Positions 51,374 through 64,000 of a stretch of DNA of 64,000 nucleotides are shown piece by piece (the stretch's first letter is position 1; each line of letters starts with the position of its first letter). The notes beneath the pieces were generated by a model. The model was not told the DNA's origin and did no database searches. It saw only the letters and a list, made by a program, of their open reading frames with translations. The stretch is taken from assembly GCF_006345805.1 (NCBI RefSeq), contig NC_042997.1, positions 92,628,001 to 92,692,000 on the forward strand, read 5' to 3'. Both the position numbers and the translations under genes were made by a program. The DNA comes from Octopus sinensis (taxonomy: Eukaryota).

Positions 51374-53175
51374 GGTTTTTTGTTTGACATTTACTGCCTG
51401 TTATTATATAGTGCACTCTCGCATTTGTCCTCTTCTCATTTGTCTTACTTCTGGGTGGATTCGGCATTCAATAAGTATTTGTAAATAACAAAAATTTCTT
51501 TTCTTTATTCATTGACTTTCAAAAGTAATATTTTCTTCTCTTACATGCGAGTTCAATGTCACGTGTTATTGAGTTGAACTTTTCTTTGTCCATAACTACA
51601 AGTTATTTACTTGGTAGCTATTCTTCTTCGTCTTTCCTCACAGGATCGGCTACCACCAAATGTTACGTCAATAAGTGCCTTTTCTTTCTATCTGTCTCCT
51701 TCTCTTTCTTTCTTTCTTTCTTTCTTTCAAGCAAATTAGATTACAACAAATCACAATTTCAGTTATTTTACGAAGTTCTAAATTCGATGATTTTAATTAC
51801 AGAATTTTAATTACTGAAGAGTTTCCCCTTCTGTGTATGTGTATGTGTGCGTGTGCATATCTGTTTGTGCGTCCGTACAAGTGTCTACGAGGTGAACAAA
51901 GATTACGTTTCAACTATGCTTTTGTTTGTCCTGGAATCCGTACATGTTAACTTGTTTGAAAGTAATAATGGGCAAACTACGGGACTTTCTGAATGACCCT
52001 CCAAACGATAAGTTACTTCGAATCTTTTTTAGTAGTGTGGCCCGCCAGATGATTAGCCATGTCTTATGCGGTCCGCTTCTCGAAGGAGGTTTCTTACGCA
52101 TGAAATAAGTTAATCTTAGCAGCGTAGCTCATCGGTAGTCATCTGTCGTGCAATAGAGTGAATCTTTGAAAATTCTGAAAAATAAATTTAAGCAACCGCT
52201 TACATTCTTTGAAATAATGATTCCGCTTTCTTTGTTCAAGCCCACACTAATGCTATTAAAAGGCCATTTCATTTTGTAGAGTAAGAACAAGTCTCCCAAG
52301 TCGCTTCCATTAGAACTCTCTATGAGACGTAAAAGTTGCTCATCTCATCCTTCTTAACGTAGCAATTATCCTTGTATTTAAAAGAATGCGAGTAAGGCCA
52401 CAGCTAACGCTAAATAATTACATAAGCAAATTTAGCCTAAATGTAAGAAATTCGTTGCTTACATAGCATACCTAACATCATCAGAGACATCAATTACTCT
52501 AAATACGGGCTGTTTATTTGACATATCATCAGAAAAAATAACAGAAATATTTACTCGTGCAATCAGAACAATGAGTTATCTGATCAATAACACAGTTGGA
52601 TACGGATATGCAATATTAATAGCTGTCTGTCTTTGCACCAACAAACGTTTATACTTATTGCAGTAATCTAATATTTGTAATATTTGTTGTTACGGTTTTA
52701 TCTATTAATGTTCCTAAGGCTTACGATGCCTTTTCGAATGTATTGAAACACAAAGGCAATAAACTAAAGTAAATCGAAATAAAGTGAAATCATCTTATAA
52801 GCCTATGCGCTAGCATTTTGCATATAAAGAATGTTATAATGATTACAAACCATTGATCTCTTTCCTACGTTAAATCTCCTTCCTACGTTAGATCTCTTAA
52901 GGTCGTTATTTTAGATATTGATATCTCTAATTTACAATATCTTCATATTCTAGCACAAGAAATAACTCTAATTCAGGTTTTACGGTATGTAAATAATTGC
53001 AGTTAAAAGAAATCCGAGTGACAATTAACAGACGTTATTGCTAGCTATATGGCATAAACGATTCCACAGACCTAGTCGTCTCTTTTCTTCCCTAGTGTCG
53101 ATTAATAGTACCTTTTATCAAGTTGTGATCTTTCATACATTACATTATACTTATATATAGAAAAGAGCAACTTAC

Positions 53176-53289
53176 CTCATGTGTGTCTGCCATGTTACTT
53201 CATTCCTGTATGCCTTGCATCCAACTTCCAACCAGTCAATTTGCTCTTAATATCAACGGTATAATCAACACCACTATTAAACTTTGAAT
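53176..53289 (-). other. Candidate minus-strand exon of an unidentified gene
   Basis: Acceptor-like tcgttttctcgag and a perfect donor GAG|gtaagt. Either ends with aacATGG-initiated MADTHE, or reads DSKFNSGVDYTVDIKSKLTGWKLDARHTGMK* in phase 1. No partner exon found. Confidence 0.25.
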
Positions 53290-53659
53290 CTCGAGAAAAC
53301 GAATATACTATATGACATTCCATCATATATGAACACACCAATAGACAACTAAAACCCATTAAAAGTCCTTCAAAGTCAAGACTTTACTTTAACCTTTATG
53401 GCAACATCACAAACCCTGCAGTGATGACCGCATCTCAAAAGCAGGATTTGTTTTTCAGAGTAACAAAATGTTTCAGCATAGACATTAGTTAATTCTAAGA
53501 AAATAAACAATTAAACCTATGCTTCAAAACTGTAGTTAATTATTCAGTTCATTATGTATCAGTATTGAGAAAATTGAAAGTTAGGTTGTGTTGTTAGTTT
53601 AGATACCATTTCTTTTCTCTTGTGGACAGAAATTTCCCTAGAATTAAGCATTTGGATTT

Positions 53660-53696
<37 letters not shown>

Positions 53697-56179
53697 GTGT
53701 GTGTATGTGTGTGTCCGTGTCCAAATAACGTGTTTATTTTGCAGCCTATTTTCTCGTCATCATCTTGTTTTAAGGGTTTCTATTAAAATGTGTGCAATGG
53801 TTGTTTTATTCACAATATTCTTATAATGTAAAATGACGTAATATGGATGACTTCTTTGGCGTCTTATCGATATTTTTCTAACTACGCAGGACATGACAAA
53901 TATCTCATAGCGTAAGATTTGTTTTTCTCCAATTGGTTTATCAAGATCTTCCTTATCGCTGGAAATAATGGAGACATTGATCCTGGACTTCTACTATACA
54001 TCTCTCCTATTCTATTATTAATTTTCTCTCGTCGGCTACATGTAGGCACTGACAGTGTTGCCGTTAGGTTTCTTCATCTGAGTAGTCTGTGTCCAGTGAG
54101 TAATTTATTTTTTCCACCTATTTTTCAATTTTCCGTGGAAGTTTTCTTTTGTATCTTACCTTCTTTCTCTTCTTGCCCTTCATATTACTGTGTACCTTTG
54201 ATCATTCATTTCTATTTTGAATCTCTTTGCAGAGTTTACTATCTTTGGAATATTTTTTCCTGTTTATATTTTACTTGCAGCAAACTTTCTTCGTTTTCTT
54301 TTAAGTATACTTCCAATCTAATTATTTTTGCTTTGTATTTGAATTCCATCTGTCTCAGTTATTTGCTTCCGAATTGATTTTCATGTAAAGCTAGTGAATA
54401 TCTGCTTATAGTGAAGAAACTCCTAGCGTTGGTATTCAATATTAGGACCCCACTCATACACAAACACACAATGCTAAAGCTATAAAACAGTTGATAAATT
54501 GCGATAAAATTTAGCTCCTAATTTGCTCTTTGCGTACAGGCCTTTGAATTCGCTTACGTCATATTTCTGAGAATAACGCATTTTAATCCTCTACTCAAAT
54601 GACCGTTTCGTTTTTGGCATAATTACGTGTTGTGGAGTGAAAACAGTTTTATTTAATGCCTGAATATGAAAGCTTTGCAAGTCAGAGGTATCTAAGCCAA
54701 CTAATCAAATTATCAGAATTAATTTTATTAACTTTATAATTGTCGAATTTATAGCAACTAATTATCTAAGAAAAACAATATACCATGAGTCACAGTTGTC
54801 CTAAATATTAATTACACTGGAAAAAAAAAGAAGAGAAAACAAAGCTAACGTTATCTCCATATTGAACATGATGGAAATAATTGCTCTTCGTGATTAATTT
54901 GGTTTTATTTCAAACACTAGTCATTGTATATATTTCTTTTTCAATTCCGTCAAAAAAAAAACACATTAGATATAATTCTAATAATGACTCTCATTTGCAT
55001 ATTTTCGATTTGAAAAATATTTTATAAATCACAATATTTTTTTAAAGATTCATTGTAGATTTAAGAATATTAATTTTCGACATGCTTCTTATTAATGGGG
55101 CGGGGTGGGGGAGGAGGAATGAAAATTTATTATTAAGCAAAGTTATAAAAAATATTGCTGTTAAATGGACGGAAAAGTGGTAGAAGTGACAAACGTAAAA
55201 TGAAATGCCTTGCAGTGGATTAGTTTAATCAATAAAATTACAGATGCACTGGATTTGAGTTCAAGTCTTGCCGATGTTGATTTTGCCTTTAATCCCTCTG
55301 GAGTCAATAAGAGAACCACCACTTAAATTATGATGTTAATCAATTCTAAATTTAAGATCATATGTTTTTTCTATAAAGATCGCTTTGTATTTTGAGATAA
55401 AATCTTACAGCAGCTGACTTCTCGGATCAATAAAATAAGTACAAGCAATGTACAGTTCCCTGCTTCTAGAGGTTGGTAGCATTTCTTAAAAAATAGACGA
55501 AAATTTTTTCTAGTATAAAAGAAAGCAGTCAAATAGCAGACTTTTAACGTTTAATTTCGTCTCCCTCCAGTAAGAGTTCAAATTTCGAAGGGCCTGTAAT
55601 TATGCCCTTGGATATTATATAAGTACCGTGGTGAGGAAATTTAAATAACCAAGCCGTTTCCTTAGAAATTTTCAATGTTGTATGAATCTTAAAAATTAAT
55701 ATTTTACTGTAAATTCAACAAATCCATTGCGTAATTCTTTATAAGGAACAACATTTTTTTTACTGTTGCTGTTCTTCTTCTTCTTCTTCTTCTTCTTCTT
55801 CTTCTTCTTCTTCTTCTTCTTCTTCTTCTTCTTCTTCTTCTTCTTCTTCTTCCAATCAGGACTCACGCCATTAGCCACAAAGAATACTCTCTAATTCGAG
55901 CCTATTCTAAGCTACTAAGAATGCGTGTGGCAACTTGAAGATCCACCCACCACACGCGATAGACTGGCGGTTGCACGTGCACGAAAGCTACGTTGTTATC
56001 CTCATTCTGTAAACGGTAGCTTTAACGGGTGGAGAGCTGAACCATCTTGGGGTACAGAGGATTCGCAATCTAGACTAGGGTCTGAAAGTTTACCACACCA
56101 TAGTGGGTTACACCATGCTTTGTGGCAGAAACAGGAATAAAAAGTGAGAGAAAGTTATGGTGAAAGAGTACAGCGGGGT

Positions 56180-56320
56180 AACTAGCGATTCGGCAAAAAA
56201 GATCGATAGAATAAGTACTAGGCTTACAAAGAATAAGTCCTGGGGTGGATTTGTTCGACTAAAGGCGGTGCTCCAGCATGGCCGCAGTCAAATGACTGAA
56301 ACAAATAAAAAATGAAAGAA
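56180..56320 (+). mobile_element. SINE-B tail
   Basis: gatagaataagtactaggcttacaaagaataagtcctgggg...ggcggtgctccagcatggccgcagtcaaatgactgaaac. Confidence 0.8.
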
Positions 56321-57435
56321 TATAACGATTCGTTTTCTCTAGCAAATTTGTTTTCTCTAACAAACTTGAAAAGAAAAATTAATAAACCACTGACATAGTT
56401 AATCCATTTTGTATTTTCTCAATGTTCTAATATTCTAAGTATATACCACTGGGCCGTAAAAATAAAAAGGTTTGTGAACTATGAACCTAATGAATCTGTC
56501 GAACTACACGGGTCTACGGATTAGCCCTTTAACTGTGAAATTAAAGTTCATGGTTATTCCGTTGGTATTTTCTGCGAATGACATTGCTTCATTGAACTTG
56601 ATGTATCTCAAAAAAAAAAAAGTTTCAAATATGACATTCTTTAACAAATGATAGATTAATGTATAAAAATACTTTCTGCAATTAAGGGTAATAAAATTTT
56701 GAGTAAATGTATCTGACTTCCGTAGTAAAAGGGCTAAGTACATCCGCCTCTGACGCTCTACGGTGTAAATAATAGGATACAAACCAGCAACATCTCGGAT
56801 GATAATTTTTCACTCTTTTGTCTTTGCTACGCAGACTTTTTAGTATTATCGAGTTCGGATGATACAATCGATTCGTTTGTAATAGTGATGATAACATCAA
56901 ACATGTATCGTGCATATAGGAGAACTGGGATATTTTCTGTTTGGTTGCAAGTGGCTGCCAGCATCAATTTTCTGCTCGAATTGATTTCATATTCAGTGTA
57001 ATGATACACTTTTATAGGCTAATTAATGATGTGAAAGTAATTTTCGTCATAAATCAATAAATAAAGAGTTAGTAATTAAAGTTTGAAAATTTTGGTAATT
57101 TTAGCCAATCATAAGCCAGAGATATTCTTGGCTGTTTCGATAGTAAGATGCGGAACATGGGAACTTTTTTGTCTCTCAGCGTGCCTGTTGAACAAGCGAA
57201 TCCGAGCAGTCTTTGAAAAGTCTTTTATCTGCAAGGAAGAACGTGTTGACAAATTTGACGCTGTGTTCTGTGTGATTATGGCATCAAGCTCCAGTAACTT
57301 CGCTTCTATTATGAAAACATTGAAAACAGAAGAGGATATTTTTAAACTTAAAACCGAAAATTAAATGCTTGTTTTTTAAGAATATCTAAATTGTAATTAA
57401 ACATATTTAAATTGTTTGTTTAATGTTTGATTCAC

Positions 57436-57718
57436 GGGCATATGGCGTAGTGGTTAAAAGCGTAGGCTACTAAACCCAAGATTCCGAGTTCGATTCCAGG
57501 CAGTGACCTGAATAATAATATTAATAATAATAACAACAACAACATCGAAAAATACCTTAGGGATGAGAACCCAGGTTCGAAATTTCCCCAAGACACCTGA
57601 TAAAGGCTGGAGGGTATATCAGCCGAAATGTTGTGCTAACAATAAACAAGATGAGGGCAAATATCCGTCAATTGTAAATAATGTGCATAATTCCTCATCT
57701 CTTAAATATAGAACTGTA
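57436..57718 (+). mobile_element. SINE-E: tRNA-derived head plus Penelope-like 3' region
   Basis: A box tggcgtagtgg, anticodon-like loop ctactaa, B box gttcgattcc, (AAT/AAC)n spacer, then hammerhead motif and agatgagg/cctcatct inverted repeat. Confidence 0.7.
57592..57636 (+). ncRNA. Degenerate Penelope-type minimal hammerhead ribozyme motif
   Basis: gacac-CTGATAA-a-GGCTG/gagggtatat/CAGCC-GAAA-tgtt-gtgc: intact 5-bp stem II and GAAA; core G8>A and C15.2>T changes; stem I acac/gtgc. Confidence 0.55.
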
Positions 57719-59311
57719 TTGATTCTTTTTATCATTGAGCATTGAGGTGGTTGTGAGGTGTGCTAAAAATAACAGCTAAATAAGATTTTTTTGGTAAATC
57801 TTTTAAATCAAAGTTTATTTGCCAGCTTCTCGCTCAGAGATTTAAAACTGTTTTTCTCTTAAATTAACATAAACATTATTTACATGAAAGAAAATTACCG
57901 GAGAACTGTCATCTGATTCTTCTAAATCTTTCTGTTAAAAACTGTAATGTGTTTATCGCATTTGCATTAAACACTGGTGGTTGTGATGTGTGCTAAAAAT
58001 GACTGCTAAATAAAATTTATTTACACGAAAGAAAATTACCAGAGACATAACGTGTTGTTTACAAATATTGACAACACGTGCTATTTTCAGGATATTAACG
58101 ACAAAATGTGCAGTCAGGCACAAAATGACAGCTTCCAAATCCTGTTTCCTCACCAGGTAGAAATGATCAAACTTTAAACCTCTGTAACTTTTTAAAAACA
58201 TTTCTTTGTAAAAAATTAAATAGCTCCAACAATTCAGTTTGGGCGAGTGTATTACTGTGCCGAATTTTAAAATTTTCGTTAAACTTTAATTTTTGGAGCC
58301 GCAGGCAACCAAAACAGAAGAGATCCGAGAACTGTTCAAATCGGAGCTAGGAATTAATGATGAGCTTTTTAACTTTGTTTCTTATCCCAAAATAAATGAG
58401 TTTCTAAGTAAAGCTACAGAGACCAGTCCTAGGGATTTCCGAAGCGCATTAAGAAAAAGAAATGAAAAAAAAACCCAAAAAAACTCATGCCGAAGAATAT
58501 TTTCTCTTGATTAAGAACATCAATTTGAGAAGTTAATTATATATAAACTGCCATATATTGTTTATCTACGATTGTTCTACCCTAGTTAGGTTTTAAGTGG
58601 CATTGAACCAATCAGAACGACTTAACTGTTATCAGCCTGTCTCCTTGTGCTTCACTTGGCGTGCTAAAAGTCCTCTGGGTGTAATGTGAGAAGATATTAG
58701 AAAAGGAAAAAACAATGTAAAACATTCTGAATAGCGCAGCTCTGGTTTAGCCGTTCATATATCAACAACAACAAAACCCACTTGAATCAATCATTCAGCT
58801 TACAGACTATATGAATTAAACCCAAGTGAGCATCTGTCATAAAATGCATCGCTACATACGCTTTCACATAAAAAAAAAAGACAAGCATACGTCATTCATA
58901 CACATAAGTGAGCACAACTCTACACATATTTTTCCTTATTTCTCTTTTCAGAATTTTCACCCTTTTTTTGTTTTTTGTTTTTTGTTATTGTTATGATGTT
59001 TGATGTAAAGGTGCTCCAACAAAAGAAAAATGAGAGAAAAGGAAAGAACGCGATTCTGAAGGAAAGAAAGAAATGTTTCTGTGAATCTCATTTCAAAAGT
59101 GATCTTTTTTTTTTCTTTCTTACTTGCTTATCTTCTAAAAATAGTTTTTCAACAGTTACTTGTATTCAAAAGAAATTCTCCGAGGCAATTTAACAGACTT
59201 AACATTCGACATTATTTTGGAGAAGAAGCAGGACAACAGCACCAGATGCCTTCGCTCAGAGTTCCTTCCTCGCTATATTAACATCATCACCTTCACATAC
59301 ACATCTTCGCA

Positions 59312-59358
<47 letters not shown>

Positions 59359-59499
59359 TTTAAACTATTATATATGCGGAGCAGTGAGGAAACATTTCTA
59401 TTGTCTCGCCAGAATGATCAAAGCTTCCTTTAGTATGCCGAGTGAAATGTAATATCCTCATTCAGGCGTTCTTATTGGGTTAGTCTTACTTGGAAAAGC

Positions 59500-60190
59500 T
59501 AAACAGCAGGTTTTCAGTGAAGAAATCATCCCCTCATACAAGTGTTTCGGCCCTTAACTCCTTACAGTCTAGTAGTGTAGTGGCCGCATCCAGGTCAGAA
59601 CTCTTAGATACCCTTCTACTGTCACATTCTGCACTATTGTCTGCATTGCAACCCTCCTGGGTGGTCAAAATGCGCCAGAATTAAGGTGCCTTTCGTAATG
59701 TAACCAGCTCAGTCTGAAGCGCTAGTTGAATGTACGGTAAATTATGCTTTGTGAAATTTCTTTCCATTTATCTTTGACCAGATCCACTTGGAAGTCTTCT
59801 AAGCTATTTCTGCCATTACCTTAAGAGCTCTGGTTCTTTTTCTCCGAGAAATTGAGAACCCTTTCATGATATCATAGGCAGATTTGTCCATAAACCCTCC
59901 CGCTCCCATCTCTGTGGCGAGGGCTTCAGTTTGGAAGTCAGATTATCTCAATCTGGTAGCCAAAGTGCCATTTTAAAACAGTCTTGTAGATATAAGCTCC
60001 ATCTATTCTGTTCTTATGTGACACAGTGAGTTCAATCAAAATCACCTGTTTTGAAGAAAATGCGTAAAATACAACGTCCCTTTTCAGACTACTTTTATCG
60101 ATAAGTTTCTTTCTCCATTGTGACTGTCCCAGAATTTGGCTGCTCGAATAGTTTCATAGCAAACCAGAAGGGGTCACTGAAAAAGTGATC
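59500..60190 (-). mobile_element. 5'-truncated HERO/R2-like (restriction-like endonuclease) non-LTR retrotransposon
   Basis: LKRDVVFYAFSSKQVILIELTVSHKNRIDGAYIYK (decayed PD..D/E-LTV RLE motif) and TEMGAGGF...RRKRTRALKVMAEIA*KTSKWIWSK C-terminus; 3' UTR with ccgaaacac...cactga. Confidence 0.75.
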
Positions 60191-60879
60191 CTAGGTCTTC
60201 TTTATACTCGCTGATTCAAATTTCTTGCTTTCTTTCTGTTTCTTCTTCTTCTTCTCTTCTTGTTCTTCTTGTTCTTGTTGTTCTTGTTTTTCTTCTTCTT
60301 CTTCTTCTTCTCTTCTTCTTCTTCCTCTTCTTCTTCTTTAATATCCTTTTTCTTCCTCCGGATGTTATCCCTATATTGTAAAGATACAAGACACTCCTCT
60401 TTTTCTATATGTTGTTTTCAATTAATCAGCAAATAGTGAATACAAAAGAAATTGATATAAGATTGACTCTTTCACGGTGTGGGTGTAAGTTTACATTAAA
60501 AGTTAGATACAAACAATCAGTTAATGTTGGTCAAACAATATTCCTCCTTGACAGCCTTCTGAATTGTGATGCAGGAGTTTCTAAAGTACCTGGTCATTGA
60601 ACACACCTTTTTTGGTTGTCAACAAACAGTCTACTTAACATCTAAACACGAAGTACATTACACACCAACACAGACACACGCATGCTTACTCACACTCTCA
60701 CACATGCACTTAGCCTCACATGAATAGAGTGTGTGGGTGTTTGTGTATATAACTTTTCTTTTAATTTTTTTAAATTTAATTATTTAATCGTTACAGTTGA
60801 AAAGGTCTCAAAATGACCTAAACCGGTACTGAAATGTTCTTTATAAAATTATTTTAGCATTTTCTATCTTGACTTGTTT

Positions 60880-60957
<78 letters not shown>

Positions 60958-60960
<3 letters not shown>

Positions 60961-61408
60961 TTCGTCGCCGTCAATGATGACCAACGACAGAGAAGTGCGG
61001 TACGGTCTGCCTGGCTGTGGCCAATCAGTCCGATGCGTGCTCGGAAGGCTCTGCTGCAGATCTTGCACTAGTGGTCTGATGGGACTGAAGGCAAGGATTT
61101 GGATCTCTACTTGCGCAGTTCACGTTTTCATTGTACCTCTGTAATCCTGTTTTGTTCATAGGAGGTGGAATCTCTGTTGATGTATTTTCTCCAGGCAGGC
61201 AGGCAGGCCGCTTTTGTGCTTGTGTTTTACACGTGTCGGGGTTGATTGACTCAAAACTCTTCAGTGATGCGTTGAATGTATCCTTGAAACTCTTTCTCTG
61301 TCCACCTTGCGTGCACTTGCCTTCAGCCAGTTCGCTGAAAAACAGTCTCCTGGAGAGTCACGTGTTAGGCATTCAAACAAGCTGGCCTGCCCAACTGACT
61401 TGCATCCA
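60958..61408 (-). mobile_element. RTE-BovB-like LINE 3' end
   Basis: WAGQLV.MP..RL.RRLFFSELAEGK..QGGQRK.FKD...AWRK.I...CKICSRAFRARIGLIGHSQ; 3' end ggtcatcattgacggcgacgaac then (TA)n. Confidence 0.85.
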
Positions 61409-61796
61409 TACATACATACATACATACATACATACATACATACATGCATGCATGCATACATACATACATACATACATACATACATACATACATACACGCA
61501 CAGACACACACACACACACACACACATATATACATACATACATACATACATACATACATACATACATACATACATACATACATACATACATACATGTGCA
61601 CACAACCACAAACCCGCTATCTGAAAGACCGCGTATTAGGATGTCAAATTTTGTAAATGATGATAATTTAATTGCATGCGCTTTATTAATGTCTGTCTGT
61701 GTGTATACACACACACACACACCCAAGTAAACACACGCATGCACACACTCACACACATATGTACAAGTACACGTACACAAGCAGATGAAAAGTGAT

Positions 61797-61907
<111 letters not shown>

Positions 61908-62027
61908 TTGACTGATTGATTGATTGACTGATTGATTGTCCGTTGATTGAGTAACTATCAGCAGCTAGATGTCTCAGTTGCTCTGTCTCTGTATCTGCCT
62001 ACCTGCTTGCCTGCCTGCCTGCCTGCC

Positions 62028-62066
<39 letters not shown>

Positions 62067-62384
62067 GTCTGCCTGTCTGTCTGTCAGTCTCTCTTTCTCT
62101 TTCTCTTTCTCTCCCTTTCTTTCTTGTGCTTTTAATTCCATGTTCTCAATTACCGGTTGAACAGGTATGTTGTGTACATATATGTATATACTGAAGTATG
62201 TATGTATAATATGTACTTATATATATATATATATATGTGCGTGTAAGGGTTTTTCGCTTGTGTCCGTCTATATGTGTGTGTATGTATGTATGTATGTATG
62301 TATGTATGTATGTATGTATGTATGTATGTATGTATGTATGTATGTATGTGTGTGTGTGTGTGCGTGGTGCGTGTGTGTGTGTAT

Positions 62385-62870
62385 GACATGTCTCATTCAG
62401 ACAAGGAACGGCATATGTTGCTTTTGACAGGCTAACAAATCAGCTTTCGAATGATCCAAACATCTTACTGTGTCCAAAGATTCAAACGTATAACTATGCT
62501 ATTGCATGATGCAGAATCACGGACCGTGTATTATAGGCAAATAAAACAATTGCATAATTTCTACCTTCGTTATCTTCGGAAAATCTGCAAGAACAAGTGC
62601 TGGGACATGATATCTAATAGAGAAATCCTGTATCGCTATAAAGATCATTGGTTTTGAGGCATGGCTAATAAGACGTCAACTTCGTTTATGTGGTCATGTG
62701 GCTCGGATGTAATATAATTGCATTTGCAAAGTAATCAAAACTGGCTAGTGATTAACACTCTGTTGGAGCACAATTGAAACTGTATAAAAACTCGTTGAAA
62801 ATTTGTCATGAGGAAAACATTGATTTCCCGCACATTTATTGTGGCTAGAGAACTCACTGCATTAATGGGA
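62385..62870 (+). mobile_element. RTE-clade LINE post-RT fragment
   Basis: AFDRL...PKIQTY...LLHDAESRTVYYRQIKQLHNFYLRYLRKI...WDMISNREIL...RRQLRLCGHVARM. Confidence 0.8.
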
Positions 62871-63181
62871 CTGGATTCCTTAAGGAGACTCGCACTCAAG
62901 CCCTTGTGGAAAAAAGAAGAATAAATGATGCACAAAACAACCCAAACAGATTAGATTGCGCTACAACTTTGTTTTTAAATTTATTTATTTATTTTAAAAA
63001 AATCAATTTTATATTATGTTTCTGATTGTTTATTTATTTAGTTATTTACCATACTTTCTTGGCCACTGTTGCCTGCGATGAAAGGTCCGGAAGATGGAAG
63101 TTCATAATAAATCGGCGTAGACAGGTACACACTATGATGGAGTAGAAAGGAATTCGAGAAGTATTTACTATCTTCTTTGTG

Positions 63182-63505
63182 CAGGCGCGTGGCTTAGTGT
63201 TTAGGGTATTCGGCTCACAATCGCAGGCTAGTGAGATCAGTTCACGCCGGTGCGACGACGTGTCCCTGAGCAAGACACTTTATTTCCTGTTGCTCTAGTC
63301 CACTCAGCTGGCAAAAATGAGTAGTACATGTATTTCAAAGGGTCAACCTTCTCACACTCTGTTTCACGCTGAATCTCTCTAAGTACGTTAAGAGTACACT
63401 TGTCTGTGGAGTGCTCAGCCAGATACACGTTAATTTTATGAGCCGGCTGTTCCGTTGATCGGATCAACTGGAACACTCGTCGTCGTAAGCGACGGAGCAC
63501 CAGTG
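63182..63505 (+). mobile_element. SINE-C, long-tail subtype
   Basis: ggcgcgtggcttagtg head, ctgagcaagacact core, tail ...gatcggatcaactggaacactcgtcgtcgtaagcgacggagc. Confidence 0.8.
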
Positions 63506-63860
63506 CCAATATCGTCTTTACTCAGATGGGTAAATAAAATCCATGTGATCACTGTTGAAAAACTTACAAGTGATGGATACCTAAACTTCTAGTTTGTCCG
63601 TCTACGCCGATTCTCAATGAACTTTCACCACTTGGATCTTCTTTGGTTTCCTGCTATACTTATATGCATTTATAAATCTGTTTTCTCTTCAGTTTTTTTT
63701 TTATAAATATAAGTTGATTTGAAGACTTGCTAATGTTCGTTCATATTTTGTTTTATTATACTTAATGTATGTATGTATGTATGTATGTATGTATGTATTA
63801 AAGTCATGAATTTGCTTTACATGGAATCAAAATAATATTACAGTAGTTTTTATTTTTTAA

Positions 63861-64000
63861 GGTGGTGACCTGGCATGCCAGGCAAAATGCCTGGCGGCAT
63901 TTCGTCCGTCTTCATGTTCTGAGTTCAAATTCCACCGAGGTCGACTTTGCTTTTCATTCTTTCGGAGCGACAATAAGTACCAGTTGAGTACTGGGTTTGA
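63861..64000 (+). mobile_element. SINE-A, truncated by window end
   Basis: gttctgagttcaaattccaccgaggtcgactttgc. Confidence 0.8.

Noticed and set aside
51644-51810. Phase-1 acceptor tctttcctcacag giving GSATTKCYVNKC as LU exon 3
   Set aside because: It runs into a (TTTC)n tract, has no good donor and lacks the terminal C..CN motif.
52441-52497. Hammerhead-like motif on minus (CTGATGA...CGAAT)
   Set aside because: Only a 3-bp stem II, GAAT instead of GAAA and no stem III; expected by chance in AT-rich DNA.
54046-54095. Candidate plus exon GTDSVAVRFLHLSSLCP ending at CCA|gtgagt
   Set aside because: Phase fits LU exon 2 but the cysteine pattern does not; unsupported without RNA data.
57083-57364. 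ORF containing ICKEERVDKFDAVFCV as LU C-terminus
   Set aside because: No RxC start, no CN end and no convincing GPI signal.
58293-58514. 73-aa ORF MEPQATKTEEIRELFKSELG
   Set aside because: Starts at TTG, has no recognisable homology and no consistent splice signals.
63100-63615. Inverted 13-mer aatcggcgtagac (about 63110) and gtctacgccgatt (about 63600) around a SINE-C
   Set aside because: Too short and no TSD; possibly an old TIR remnant but not supportable.

Overview
Eukaryotic, AT-rich, microsatellite-saturated sequence. The mix of tRNA-headed SINEs, RTE and Penelope retroelements and (TACA)n/(TA)n/(GATA)n arrays suggests a coleoid cephalopod, most likely Octopus; this is an inference from pattern, not a search. 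Almost all entries in the ORF track are microsatellite artefacts. One host gene is supportable: a secreted Ly6/uPAR (three-finger, quiver/sleepless-like) gene on +. Its signal-peptide exon (33236-33302) and first cysteine-rich exon (43323-43460) are joined by a 10-kb phase-1 intron; the expected third coding exon was not found. The rest is mobile DNA: a decayed full-length mariner, Tc1/mariner fragments, several MITEs, non-autonomous Helitrons, RTE-clade LINE remnants, a HERO-like RLE LINE end, a Penelope GIY-YIG remnant and four tRNA-derived SINE families (labelled A, B, C, E here). The most unusual signals are: (i) two Penelope-type minimal hammerhead ribozyme motifs, one in the loop of an 88-bp fold-back inside the LU-gene intron and one inside a tRNA-headed SINE; (ii) a SINE whose 3' end matches its insertion targets, including a site in its own head, giving single-headed dimers at two loci; (iii) an RTE with a twin-priming-like 5' inversion; (iv) an RTE with an in-frame deletion of its RT core; (v) a 1.12-kb tandem duplication bounded by a 13-bp microhomology. 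All coordinates and translations were done by eye, and family names are unverified by database search.
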